Below are positions 41,643 to 52,846 of a DNA stretch of 56,451 bases, piece by piece; position 1 is the stretch's first letter, and every line of letters starts with the position of its first letter. A model generated the notes under the pieces. It made no database searches. It saw only the letters and a program-made list of their open reading frames with translations, and was not told the origin of the DNA. Both the position numbers and the translations under genes were made by a program. This DNA is from an uncultured Acidobacteriota bacterium. GTDB taxonomy: Bacteria; Acidobacteriota; Vicinamibacteria; Vicinamibacterales; UBA8438. The stretch lies in assembly GCA_913043225.1 (NCBI GenBank), contig CAJWLU010000022.1, forward strand, positions 1 through 56,451. Reading direction: 5' to 3'.

Positions 41643-41960
41643 ATGCTCCCCGCCCTGCGACTGACGCGCCTGCTAGGCCTACACCGAGCCCCTACCGCCC
41701 CGCTCATCGAGGACGAACTCGCTCTTCCTCGATTGGACCTGAGGACGGGTGAATAACAGGCCGCCGGCGATGGTCTGGCATTTCTCCTCGCCATCGGTCA
41801 GCGCATTGAAACCTTCGAGCGAGGGATGCTCGGCATGCGCGTCGGCACTCAGCGACGGGCTGTCGTCTCGTCCGAACTAGCGTATAGGGGCTCCGCCTCT
41901 AACCTGATTCCGCTGGACGTAACGTTAACCTACGCAATCGGGCTTATAACACGCAGTTAG
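41643..41960 (+). pseudogene. Degenerate FKBP-type peptidyl-prolyl isomerase
   Basis: Single frame with internal TAA at 41754-41756; downstream reads FLLAIGQRIETFERGMLGMRVGTQRRAVVSSELAYRGSASNLIPLDVTLTYAIGLI, matching the FKBP C-terminal pattern. Confidence 0.7.
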
Positions 41961-41975
41961 TTCCCGATAGTCGCC

Positions 41976-42611
41976 ATGAAACGCTGGGACGTGATCAACC
42001 GGTTCGCCAAGAAGCACGGCTACACACGCTACCTGGAGATCGGTCTGAGCACAGGAAAGAATTTCACGCGCGTCGACTGTGCCGAGAAGGAATCCGTGGA
42101 TCCGGCGATCGACCGCTACGAGCACGCCAATCCGACCTACCGGATGACCTCAGACGAGTTCTTTGCCACGGTGGCGGACGCCGGCAAGAAAACCTACGAC
42201 ATCATTTTCATCGACGGACTGCACGAAAGCGATCAGGTTGACCGAGACATCGCAGGAGCACTCCGGTGCCTCGCTCCGGGCGGCACCCTCATGCTGCATG
42301 ACTGCAACCCACGGGACGAAGCGCGCCAGATGGTGCCGCGGATTCAGACCGCCTGGAACGGCGATGTCTGGAAAAGCGCTGTGAGGTTCCGAGCCTGGAA
42401 CCGGAACTACGGTTGTCTCGTGGTCGACGCCGATGAGGGACTCGGCATCATCCGGGAGGACATCGACAGCGACTTTCGACTCACGATACCAAAGACACTG
42501 ACCTGGAGCTGGCTGGACACCCACCGCAAGAAGGCGCTGGGACTGACCTCGAGGAAAAGGTTCGTGGCCCGGTTCTTCCCGGAGGAGCCTCCGACCACAA
42601 CTTCGACCTAG
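41976..42611 (+). CDS. Class I SAM-dependent methyltransferase (Methyltransf_24-like)
   Basis: YLEIG, VDP, TSDEFF, DIIFIDGLH, HDCNP, WNGDVWK. Confidence 0.85.
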   Translation: MKRWDVINRFAKKHGYTRYLEIGLSTGKNFTRVDCAEKESVDPAIDRYEHANPTYRMTSDEFFATVADAGKKTYDIIFIDGLHESDQVDRDIAGALRCLAPGGTLMLHDCNPRDEARQMVPRIQTAWNGDVWKSAVRFRAWNRNYGCLVVDADEGLGIIREDIDSDFRLTIPKTLTWSWLDTHRKKALGLTSRKRFVARFFPEEPPTTTST

Positions 42612-42617
42612 ATCGCC

Positions 42618-43829
42618 TTAATCGCGGTCGGCGGACACCCGCCAGAGCGCGTCCTCCACGGCCGCCAGATCAACTTCCCACGCATAGTCGAACTCATCCG
42701 TGCCCCGCGACCCGCCCGCTAAGCGGCCGTGCACGAAACCGGCTCGCCCGCCCATCCCGGCGCACACGTGCACCAGGGTCGCCGGCAATCGATCGAACTT
42801 GAGCACCGGCGGCACAAGTGCGAGCGCTCGGGGAGCCCGTTCGGACAACAGTAGGTTGTACAGCCCAGACCCGAACGCGCCCGCAACGATCTCGCAGTCT
42901 CGGAACGTCATCATGGTCTCGAGCGCGGTCAACCGGCTTGGCTCGACGACTTCAAAACCAAACCGTGCACACATCGCCTCAACCGCCTTCTCGTTCGTCA
43001 GGCGCCGACGGGTATTGCCGCGGCGGCTGACCCAAATGCGAGCCGGCCCCGCTCCCGGTCGGGCGGTCCGGCTGCTGCTCGCGCGCATGGCCGAACCGGC
43101 GCGAAACAGCTCGAACGGTTGCCGATACCGACAGCTGCCAGGGGTGTAAACCTTCGGGGCGAGAATCAGCCGGTCGATGGTCGTCATCCCTCGCGGATCG
43201 TGAAAACGGATCCGCTCCTCGCTCACGCCAAGCACAGACAACAGCCGCAGGAACTTGTCGGGCACCTCGGCAGATAGAAGTATCGGCAGATCAATAGCCC
43301 CCAAGAGCTCCAGAACTCCCAGTCTCGGGAGACACTTGATCATCCAGACTCCGAAATGATGGATGGCGGGATCGCTGATGTACAGTGCCGGACCATCCAC
43401 ACTCGCCGCCCGTCCCAGGCCACGCGCCTCCTGGACCAACGTGCGTAGTGCCCCCGTCAATCGACACTGCCCGTCGACCACCTCGAGCCCGTATCGCGCC
43501 GCGTGCCGTCCTACAGACTTGTCCAGCAAACGGTCGTCCTCGGTCAACACCAACCCCGGCCCTATCACCCGCGCCCGAGACACGATCGGGAGATTGAGGG
43601 TGCCCACTGACAGCGGAGCGGCGCAGAGTGCAATGTCTGCCTCAGGGTGCCAGCGGTTGTCGAAGCAGAGTGGCTCGGGCTGGAGCAGCGAGTCGACCGG
43701 CGCCCGGAACTGGACCAATGCCCCGGGAGCGGGAAGGGAGGACAGGTCGAGGCTAGCCCCGGCCGTACCGGGCAGACGGGCCAGCCGACGCGCCTCAGCC
43801 AGTGGGTAGGTGCGCGCCGGATCGATCAC
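42618..43829 (-). CDS. Glycosyltransferase family 61 (DUF563)-like protein
   Basis: HHFG.WM..CLPRL, IWVSR....RR..NE, AGAFGSGLYN; GTG start overlapping upstream stop preferred. Confidence 0.7.
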   Translation of the reverse strand: MIDPARTYPLAEARRLARLPGTAGASLDLSSLPAPGALVQFRAPVDSLLQPEPLCFDNRWHPEADIALCAAPLSVGTLNLPIVSRARVIGPGLVLTEDDRLLDKSVGRHAARYGLEVVDGQCRLTGALRTLVQEARGLGRAASVDGPALYISDPAIHHFGVWMIKCLPRLGVLELLGAIDLPILLSAEVPDKFLRLLSVLGVSEERIRFHDPRGMTTIDRLILAPKVYTPGSCRYRQPFELFRAGSAMRASSSRTARPGAGPARIWVSRRGNTRRRLTNEKAVEAMCARFGFEVVEPSRLTALETMMTFRDCEIVAGAFGSGLYNLLLSERAPRALALVPPVLKFDRLPATLVHVCAGMGGRAGFVHGRLAGGSRGTDEFDYAWEVDLAAVEDALWRVSADRD

Positions 43830-45799
43830 GGTAGGGCCAGCGCCATCCACTCGCCCGGCAACTCGAGCGACCCGATCGGCAGGACAATGTATTGCCGGTC
43901 CTCGTGCAAATAGGTAATCGGCGACCCGACGGTGCCGGCCGGCAGCGTTGTTTCCCACACCACCGCCCCGGTCTCCTTCTCGAAGGCACGGAACCCCTTG
44001 CCCGCCTCTGGTCCGGCCCCGGGCGGTGTCCGAACCATGATCGGGTCCCCCTCGCTCACGAAAAGAAGGCTCTTGGTCAGCAGGGTCATCGCTCGCCCGG
44101 GTTGCCCCAGCGGCGGCAAGTTCAGATGGGCGATGTCTGGATGATCTCGGGGTCCGTCGCCATTGGGCACCATCCAGACATGGTCACCGGTATTCATGTT
44201 GATGGCCGTGATCCGTCCATACGGAGGCTTGAGAAGCGGCAATCCCCGCGGTCCCTCTGGAAACGCCCGGTCGCCACGCGTGTAACGCACATTCATACGG
44301 TCAGGGTTACCAGGTGTCAGATCGGCGGCAAAGGTCCCGGTCACCGACGGCACGTAGAGCATGCCGGTTTCCGGGTCAAAGCCTGCCCCACCCCACTCGG
44401 CGCCGCCGACCGACCCCGGAAGCTGCAGCGTGCCTCGGGTCTCGCCTTCGTTCTCGTTCCGTACAGAAGGAGGCGTGTAGATCTCGCCAAGCACGTACTC
44501 CTCGGCGATCGCAATCGCCTCTTCACGCAGCCCCGGCGTGAAATCGATTAGCGTGTCGTGGGAGATGCCATGCACGTCGAACGGTGCTGGCTTCGTGGGA
44601 AACGGCTGAGTCGGCGCAATCCATTCGCCCGGGGTCTCGGAACCCGGGACCGGGCGCTCCACGATCGGCCAAACCGGCTCGCCGGTGACCCGATCGAAGG
44701 TGTAGGCCATCGCCTGCTTCGTGAGCTGAACTACCGCCTTGATCTCACGACCGTCGACCGTGACGTCCATTAGGATGGGGGCTACATTGTTGTCGTAGTC
44801 CCAAAGATCGTGATGTACCGTCTGGAAGTACCAGACCATCTCGCCAGTCTCAGCACGTAGGCAGACGATGCTGTTGGCGTAGAGGTTGTCACCGGGACGG
44901 TGCCCGCCATACATGTCGTTGCTCGGCGCTCCAGTGGGCAGGTAGATCAGCCCGAGCTCGTCGTCCGCACTCATATTGGTCCAGACGTTGGCCATCCCGG
45001 AGTACTGCCAGGAATCGTCGAGCCAGGTCTCCACCCCGGGCTCGCCAGCCTGGGGAATCGGGTTCCACGTCCAGCGCAGCTCACCGGTGCGGACGTCATA
45101 GGCCCGGACATACCCCGGTCGATTCTCCTTGGTCCGGGGGTGATCTTCCATCAGCTGTCCCACCACGACCACGTCCCGAACGACGAGCGGTGGTGAGATG
45201 TAGTTGAACGGCTGTGGTTCGGGCGTATCGGCAAAGATCCGGAGGTCGACCTTGCCGTCGTCCCCGAACCCCAGAACGGGGCGACCGGTCTCGGCGTCGG
45301 TGGCGAACAGATACGAGCTCCGCACGGAGAGAATGCGCGGGCGATCCTCGCCCGCGCCAGCCCAGTAGCCCACCCCGCGGTTCGCCGCACCGCGCGGTGT
45401 CTCGTCGTTGGTCAGAAACGGGATGTCCTGCACCCAGATTGTCTCGCCCGTAGCGGGGTCGAACGCCTCAACCATGCCAATGCCATTCGAGGCATACAGC
45501 ACACCGTCGACCATTATCGGCGTGGACCGTAGCTGGTTCGAATAGCGCAGGTCGGGCCATCTGGCGTGCAGGCTGGCATCGACCGCCTGACGGCGCCAGG
45601 CGACCTCCAGATCAGCGACCGTCTCGGCATTGATCTGGTCGAGCGGCGCATATCGAGTGTAGCCATTCTCACCGCCGTGCACGTGCCACTCGCCGGCGGT
45701 CCCGTGCTGGGCGGCGGCCGGCGCCTCCAGTCCGAGCACGACACAGACCACCGCACTCACCAGCGGACACGATCCGGCAACCGCACGTGCGCTCCCCAT
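43826..45799 (-). CDS. PQQ-dependent glucose/quinate-type dehydrogenase without N-terminal membrane domain
   Basis: RYAPLDQIN, GYVRAYDVRTG, FQTVHHDLWDYD, PTQPFP, GGAEWGG, KPPYGRITAI. Confidence 0.85.
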   Translation of the reverse strand: MGSARAVAGSCPLVSAVVCVVLGLEAPAAAQHGTAGEWHVHGGENGYTRYAPLDQINAETVADLEVAWRRQAVDASLHARWPDLRYSNQLRSTPIMVDGVLYASNGIGMVEAFDPATGETIWVQDIPFLTNDETPRGAANRGVGYWAGAGEDRPRILSVRSSYLFATDAETGRPVLGFGDDGKVDLRIFADTPEPQPFNYISPPLVVRDVVVVGQLMEDHPRTKENRPGYVRAYDVRTGELRWTWNPIPQAGEPGVETWLDDSWQYSGMANVWTNMSADDELGLIYLPTGAPSNDMYGGHRPGDNLYANSIVCLRAETGEMVWYFQTVHHDLWDYDNNVAPILMDVTVDGREIKAVVQLTKQAMAYTFDRVTGEPVWPIVERPVPGSETPGEWIAPTQPFPTKPAPFDVHGISHDTLIDFTPGLREEAIAIAEEYVLGEIYTPPSVRNENEGETRGTLQLPGSVGGAEWGGAGFDPETGMLYVPSVTGTFAADLTPGNPDRMNVRYTRGDRAFPEGPRGLPLLKPPYGRITAINMNTGDHVWMVPNGDGPRDHPDIAHLNLPPLGQPGRAMTLLTKSLLFVSEGDPIMVRTPPGAGPEAGKGFRAFEKETGAVVWETTLPAGTVGSPITYLHEDRQYIVLPIGSLELPGEWMALALP

Positions 45800-45815
45800 C
45801 CTGGCCAACTCCAAA

Positions 45816-46238
45816 CTACCGGAGGACCGAGTACTCTGTAGGCACCAGCATCCGCGCATCGATAGTGTCGACGAGCGGCGCATCCGACTGCTCGACGGCC
45901 ACGATCAACCGCTGAAACTCCTGGTTCTGACCGAGCTCACGCCACATCTCGTCACGTGCCTCAAGTGAGGGGTAGCCGAGGATGTAAACGAACGCGTTCT
46001 CGGTGTCCGGCCCGGTCTCGGCGTTGAAGTAGCCGATATTCTCCATTCCGACCTCGGCGAACATTGCCGACGTGTGGTCCCGAAACCGGTTCGACAGCTC
46101 GGCCCGCTTCCCGTCGACGGTCTTGTACATCCGCAGCTCGAACACCCGCGACTGCGACTGCTGGGCGGAAATGCCCCATCCGGTTCCAACGAGCCCGAAG
46201 ATCGCGCCAGCGGCCGCCAGTACTTTCCACTTCATCAT
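45816..46238 (-). CDS. NIPSNAP-family protein with signal peptide
   Basis: VFELRMY, RFRDHT..F..GM.NIGYF, L.PT.YS.L. Confidence 0.8.
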   Translation of the reverse strand: MMKWKVLAAAGAIFGLVGTGWGISAQQSQSRVFELRMYKTVDGKRAELSNRFRDHTSAMFAEVGMENIGYFNAETGPDTENAFVYILGYPSLEARDEMWRELGQNQEFQRLIVAVEQSDAPLVDTIDARMLVPTEYSVLR

Positions 46239-46271
46239 CGATACATCTCCGTAATGAACGTGTCTGAGCGC

Positions 46272-46300
46272 ATTGCAAACGCTTCCCTCTCCCATGTCAA
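46272..46300 (-). promoter_or_regulatory. sigma70-like promoter for the NIPSNAP / PQQ dehydrogenase / GT61 unit
   Basis: Minus strand TTGACA-N17-TGCAAT. Confidence 0.45.
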
Positions 46301-46336
46301 GGCACCGGCTGACGCCCCGAGGTACACTGGCGGGCC

Positions 46337-47257
46337 ATGTCATCGTCGCCGGTCGTCGAGGTGTCCGGAATTCACAAGGCCTACGGGTCGACGGTGGCTG
46401 TGGACAATGTCTCGTTCGCGGTCCAAGAAGGTGAGATCTTCGGCCTGATCGGTCCCAACGGTGCAGGCAAGACCACCACGATGGAATGCGTCGAGGGACT
46501 GCGGCAGCCCGATGCCGGTCGGATCGGCGTGTTCGGCCTCGACCCCATCAAGGACGCCCGCGCCCTGCAGAACCGGATCGGCGTCCAGTTCCAGCAGGCG
46601 GAACTCCAGAAACGGATCAAGGTTCGCGAAGCGGTCGAACTCTGGGCCTCGCTCTACGACGCACCGGTCGATGCGACGCGGCTACTCGAACAGCTCGGCC
46701 TGAGCGAAAAACGCGACGCTTGGTTTATGACGCTGTCGGGCGGCCAGAAGCAGCGGCTGTTCATCGCCCTGGCGCTGATCAACAACCCCGAGCTGGTGTT
46801 TCTGGACGAGCTCACCACCGGCCTCGACCCCCAGGCGCGTCGGACCATCTGGGATCTGGTCCGGGACATCAAGGACCGTGGCAAGACAGTCTTCCTCACG
46901 ACCCATCTCATGGAGGAAGCGGAGCGGCTCTGCGACCGGGTCGCCATCATCGAGCACGGGCGTATCGTGGATCATGACAGCCCGGCCGGCTTGATCGCAC
47001 GTCACTGTCCCCAGCGCCGGACCGTGGTGGCCACTGCCTACCCCAACGCGACGGAGGCGTTCGGCCGGCTGACGCCGGTCGATGACGTGTCGAGCGATGG
47101 CGAGGAACTGACCGTGAGCGGGCGGGGCGACGACCTGGTTACCGCGGTGATTCACGCCATCTCCGAGCATCAGATGCAGGTCACAGCGTTCCGTACCGAA
47201 CGTCCCACCCTCGAAGACGTGTTTCTGACCCTGACCGGCCACTCGATCAAAGATTGA
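46337..47257 (+). CDS. ABC-2 type exporter ATP-binding protein
   Basis: GPNGAGKTT, LSGGQKQR, FLDELTTGLDP, TTHLMEEAE. Confidence 0.92.
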   Translation: MSSSPVVEVSGIHKAYGSTVAVDNVSFAVQEGEIFGLIGPNGAGKTTTMECVEGLRQPDAGRIGVFGLDPIKDARALQNRIGVQFQQAELQKRIKVREAVELWASLYDAPVDATRLLEQLGLSEKRDAWFMTLSGGQKQRLFIALALINNPELVFLDELTTGLDPQARRTIWDLVRDIKDRGKTVFLTTHLMEEAERLCDRVAIIEHGRIVDHDSPAGLIARHCPQRRTVVATAYPNATEAFGRLTPVDDVSSDGEELTVSGRGDDLVTAVIHAISEHQMQVTAFRTERPTLEDVFLTLTGHSIKD

Positions 47258-48012
47258 CGATCATGTTGCGCGGCCTCTGGACCCTGACCTGGCTCGAGAT
47301 CAAGATCTTTACCAGGGAACCGATGGGCCTGATCGGCACCGTAGCCATCCCGGTGTTGATGTTCGTCGTCCTTGGCCGGTCCGTCGCCTCTCGATTGACG
47401 ACGTCCAGCTGGCAGGGCGCTGAAACGCTCAGAAACGGCCTTCCGGTATTCGGTGCGGTGTTCGTGGCCATCAGCACGGTGCTCTCGCTGGTCGCCATCA
47501 TCTCGATCTACCGCGAAGGGGGCATCCTTAAACGGCTCAAGGCCACTCCACTCGAACCGGTCACCATCCTGGTCACCCATGTGCTAGTAAAACTGATCCT
47601 GACGGCGATCACGATCGGCCTGATGGTGCTGGTCGGTCGCCGCTACTACCCCAGCGGCGTGGACGTGCCAGTCTTCTCGTTCAGTCTGGCGCTCCTTGTT
47701 AGCACCTGGAGCATCCTGTCGATCGGATTCATCATCGCCAGCCTCGTGCGTACCGCCAGATTTGCGCCGCCACTCGGAAGCCTGGCGCTCTATTCGATGT
47801 TGCCGTTTTGCGGGCTGTTCACCCCGGTCGAGGCGCTGCCGGCGCCGCTGCAGACCGTGTCATCGGTGCTACCGCTCACCTACGCCGTGTCCCTGCTTTC
47901 GGGTATCTGGAAAGGCAACCCGTGGTCCAGCCATCTCGGCGACCTCGCGGCCCTGGTCGTGGTCTTTGCGGTCTGCACCGCCATTGCGTCCCGCGTCTTC
48001 CGCTGGGAATAG
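47254..48012 (+). CDS. ABC-2 type permease
   Basis: About 6 TM helices, YREGGILKRLKATP, LPLTY, FRWE C-terminus. Confidence 0.88.
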   Translation: MTIMLRGLWTLTWLEIKIFTREPMGLIGTVAIPVLMFVVLGRSVASRLTTSSWQGAETLRNGLPVFGAVFVAISTVLSLVAIISIYREGGILKRLKATPLEPVTILVTHVLVKLILTAITIGLMVLVGRRYYPSGVDVPVFSFSLALLVSTWSILSIGFIIASLVRTARFAPPLGSLALYSMLPFCGLFTPVEALPAPLQTVSSVLPLTYAVSLLSGIWKGNPWSSHLGDLAALVVVFAVCTAIASRVFRWE

Positions 48013-48062
48013 CGCGCCCCAACGCCGCATCTCTCCACGCTAGCCCGCGCTACACTGAAGCG

Positions 48063-48677
48063 ATGATCGACGTCACCTGGCAAGCTCGGGGGCTCATTTT
48101 CGAGAACTGCAGCTGTCAGCTGCTGTGCCCTGGTCATGTCTCATTCCGTCAGGACTGCAGCCATGAACGCTGCCAGGGACACTGGGCCCTTCGGATCGAG
48201 GGTGGAAACTTCGGCGGCGTCGATCTAGCTGGCCTCAACGCGGCCCAGGTCTACGACGCCCCGCAACGGATGTATCAAGGCGGCTGGACCCAGGTCTGCT
48301 ACATCGATGAGCTGGCCACCCCGCCCCAGCGCGCCGCGCTCGACACCATCCTCTGTGGCCGCGCCGGTGGCCCTTGGGCAATCCTGGAGCGCTTCGTGAA
48401 GCGCCGGCTCACCACCCGGTACGTCCCCATGCGTTTCGAGGATCTCGGTCGCGAAAAACGACTGCGGATTCCCGACCAGCTCGACACCACGGTCAACGCC
48501 ATTCGCGGCGGTGATCGCAAAGGCCTGGTCACCATCGACAACCTACACAACGTGATTCACGGCGCGACCCACGTGCTCGGACGCGGTCGAACGCAGTCGA
48601 CCGATCCGGTGCTCGGCTTCGAGTTGACAGAGACCCACGGCCTCTATTCGAACTTCTCGTGGGAGGGCGAGGCCTAG
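48063..48677 (+). CDS. DUF1326-family Cys-rich protein
   Basis: W...G..FENCSC...CP, C..C.G, YIDE.AT..QR.AL, G.AGG; ATG at 48063. Confidence 0.75.
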   Translation: MIDVTWQARGLIFENCSCQLLCPGHVSFRQDCSHERCQGHWALRIEGGNFGGVDLAGLNAAQVYDAPQRMYQGGWTQVCYIDELATPPQRAALDTILCGRAGGPWAILERFVKRRLTTRYVPMRFEDLGREKRLRIPDQLDTTVNAIRGGDRKGLVTIDNLHNVIHGATHVLGRGRTQSTDPVLGFELTETHGLYSNFSWEGEA

Positions 48678-48706
48678 CTAGCCGCCTCGCGACCTGGAGA
48701 GACAAC

Positions 48707-50773
<2,067 letters not shown>

Positions 50774-50786
50774 AGGAGAACACGTT

Positions 50787-51746
50787 ATGACCACACGCAG
50801 AGGCTTCATCCGAACCGGCGGATTGGCTACCGGAGCGGCTCTTGGCGGCGCACTGGGCACCACCGCACCGGTGGCCACACAGGCGGGTCAGGCGACTCCC
50901 TCGGCGCGTCTCCGCACCATACTGGCCGGCTCGGTGCCGGCGCGCTGCGTCAACTGTGGCGATGTGGCCACTGCCCGGCTGGCCGAAATGCACGGCTTCG
51001 AGATGGTGATGACCGGCGGGAGCGCCCTGTCGCTGAGCAAGTACGGCATCGGCGACTACGGCATGATCACCACGGACGACCTGGTGGATTTCTGCCGACG
51101 CACCGCCGACCGGGTCGGGCTGCCGATCATCGCCGATGCCGACGACGGGGGTGGGAACCCGCTCAACGTCTATCGCACATTCCAGCGCATGGAGAAAGCT
51201 GGCGCGGCGTGCGTCATGATCGAGGACCTGTACAGCGCCAAGCACCTGAGCGGTTTCGACGAGGGCAAGATCATCAGCAGCGAGGCGATGGTCGACAAGG
51301 TGCGCGCGGCAGTCGATGCTCGTCAGGACGACGACACCGTCCTTCTCGTCCGAAGCGACCTGGTGGCTGATGGAGGCCCGCTGGACGAAGCGATCGAGCG
51401 CGTGGCAGCCTACGCCGAGGCGGGCGGTGATGTCATCTTCATACCGGGTATCCCACTCGACCAGTGCCGGCGGGCCGTGGAAGCGGCCGGGCGTCCAATT
51501 CTCACCGGCGCGCCATCGGTGCAAGCGGCACGTAACAACGGAGTGGGTATCCTCTTCGTGGGTGCCATGGGAGGCATCGCGACCGGCGCAATGGACCGGG
51601 CCATGGCGGAGTTTATCGAAACCGGCGCCGTCGGCTCGGCCGGAGGCAGCAACCTCGCTGGTGCTCGTCGTCTGGAGCTGATCGGCAATGCGGAGACCGT
51701 CGAACGTGCACGCCGCTACAACGTCCAGCGCGAAGGGGGTCAGTAG
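50787..51746 (+). CDS. Isocitrate lyase/PEP mutase superfamily protein with Tat signal
   Basis: TRRGFIR signal; GGS, PIIADADDG, IED, RSD, AYAEAGGD; RBS GAGGAG. Confidence 0.85.
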   Translation: MTTRRGFIRTGGLATGAALGGALGTTAPVATQAGQATPSARLRTILAGSVPARCVNCGDVATARLAEMHGFEMVMTGGSALSLSKYGIGDYGMITTDDLVDFCRRTADRVGLPIIADADDGGGNPLNVYRTFQRMEKAGAACVMIEDLYSAKHLSGFDEGKIISSEAMVDKVRAAVDARQDDDTVLLVRSDLVADGGPLDEAIERVAAYAEAGGDVIFIPGIPLDQCRRAVEAAGRPILTGAPSVQAARNNGVGILFVGAMGGIATGAMDRAMAEFIETGAVGSAGGSNLAGARRLELIGNAETVERARRYNVQREGGQ

Positions 51747-51759
51747 GAGGTAATCCCAC

Positions 51760-52800
51760 CTAGTCGATGAACACTTCGGCCAACGCGATGCCGCTCTCAC
51801 CGGCCACCGCGTAGAGCAGATATACTCGCCCACTCTCTTCGAAGATGGCCGGATCCCGCAGCTGATTCACGTGCCCGTAGGCCGTGCTCCGCACCGACGG
51901 CTCGAGCGGCGCGTCCGAACCCTCCCAGGGGTACTCGGGACGCAGCAGCTCGACCGCATCGCTCTCCGACCAGCCCATCCAGTCACCGCGAAGGTCGATA
52001 GTGCTGAGCTTCACGTGCTCCGGCACCTCGCCCACCTCGGTCCAGAAGACGTAGAGCAGGTCACCACGACGCAACAGCGCAGCATGACGCATGTTCGAGT
52101 TAAAGAGCCGCGGGCCTCCCTCGAAACCGGTCAAGGGCTGGCGTGAGCGGTAGAACTGGCCTGGCATCGACATGGCGTAGGTGTAGCCGTCGTAGGGAAA
52201 CACCCGCATGTAGGTACGCCCGAGGGACTCGGGAAGCGCCTCGAACGCGATACCGTCCGACGAGGTGGCCGCCCGCGTCACCTGCCGGCTCACCCCATCG
52301 AGACCATGGAAATACATAATGATACGCCGGTTGGCTTCATCCACATGGACGTCCGGTGAGGCAATGTGCGGGGTCGTTACCTCGGTCAAGAGGTCGTGGG
52401 AAATCGCCGCACCACCAAGCACGCCTCGACTCTCTCGCAGGCGCTCCAGTTCATCTGGCGTCACTTCCGGAGGCTCGGTCAAAAAATGTGAATCGGCTAT
52501 CTGCAGACTTCCGGGCGGGTGGACCGTCCAAGGCCCCTCCGGCGCATCGGCATACGCGAGACGGATGTAGAGGCCCTTGTGGTCAGCAAAATACAGGTAG
52601 TACTCACCCAGTCGGCCCTCGACCCACTCGGGCACGCGGATGAGAGACGGCCCCTGGATGTTCTGGCCGATGCTCGAATGAAGGTCCGGTCCGATGAGCG
52701 GTCCGTCACCCAACCGCTCGACCCGCACCTGCGCCTCCCCGGCGGTGGCCATCGCTAGCCCGACCCCCAGACAGGCCGCCATTCTCCGCAGATTCACCAT
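51760..52800 (-). CDS. Exported hypothetical protein, glycoside-hydrolase-like five-bladed propeller
   Basis: NIQGPSLI, YYLYFADH, HIASPDV, MYFHG, LRDPAIF, YAVAGE; signal peptide. Confidence 0.65.
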   Translation of the reverse strand: MVNLRRMAACLGVGLAMATAGEAQVRVERLGDGPLIGPDLHSSIGQNIQGPSLIRVPEWVEGRLGEYYLYFADHKGLYIRLAYADAPEGPWTVHPPGSLQIADSHFLTEPPEVTPDELERLRESRGVLGGAAISHDLLTEVTTPHIASPDVHVDEANRRIIMYFHGLDGVSRQVTRAATSSDGIAFEALPESLGRTYMRVFPYDGYTYAMSMPGQFYRSRQPLTGFEGGPRLFNSNMRHAALLRRGDLLYVFWTEVGEVPEHVKLSTIDLRGDWMGWSESDAVELLRPEYPWEGSDAPLEPSVRSTAYGHVNQLRDPAIFEESGRVYLLYAVAGESGIALAEVFID

Positions 52801-52846
52801 CCGTTCTCCTGTTTCCCTTGCGTCTGGAGCAAGCCCCCTGGTAGTG

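Noticed and set aside
44790..44830. WDYD motif in the second PQQ dehydrogenase as evidence of lanthanide use
   Set aside because: D-x-D at this position is common in glucose/quinate-type quinoproteins and the vicinal Cys pair is absent, so it is not diagnostic here
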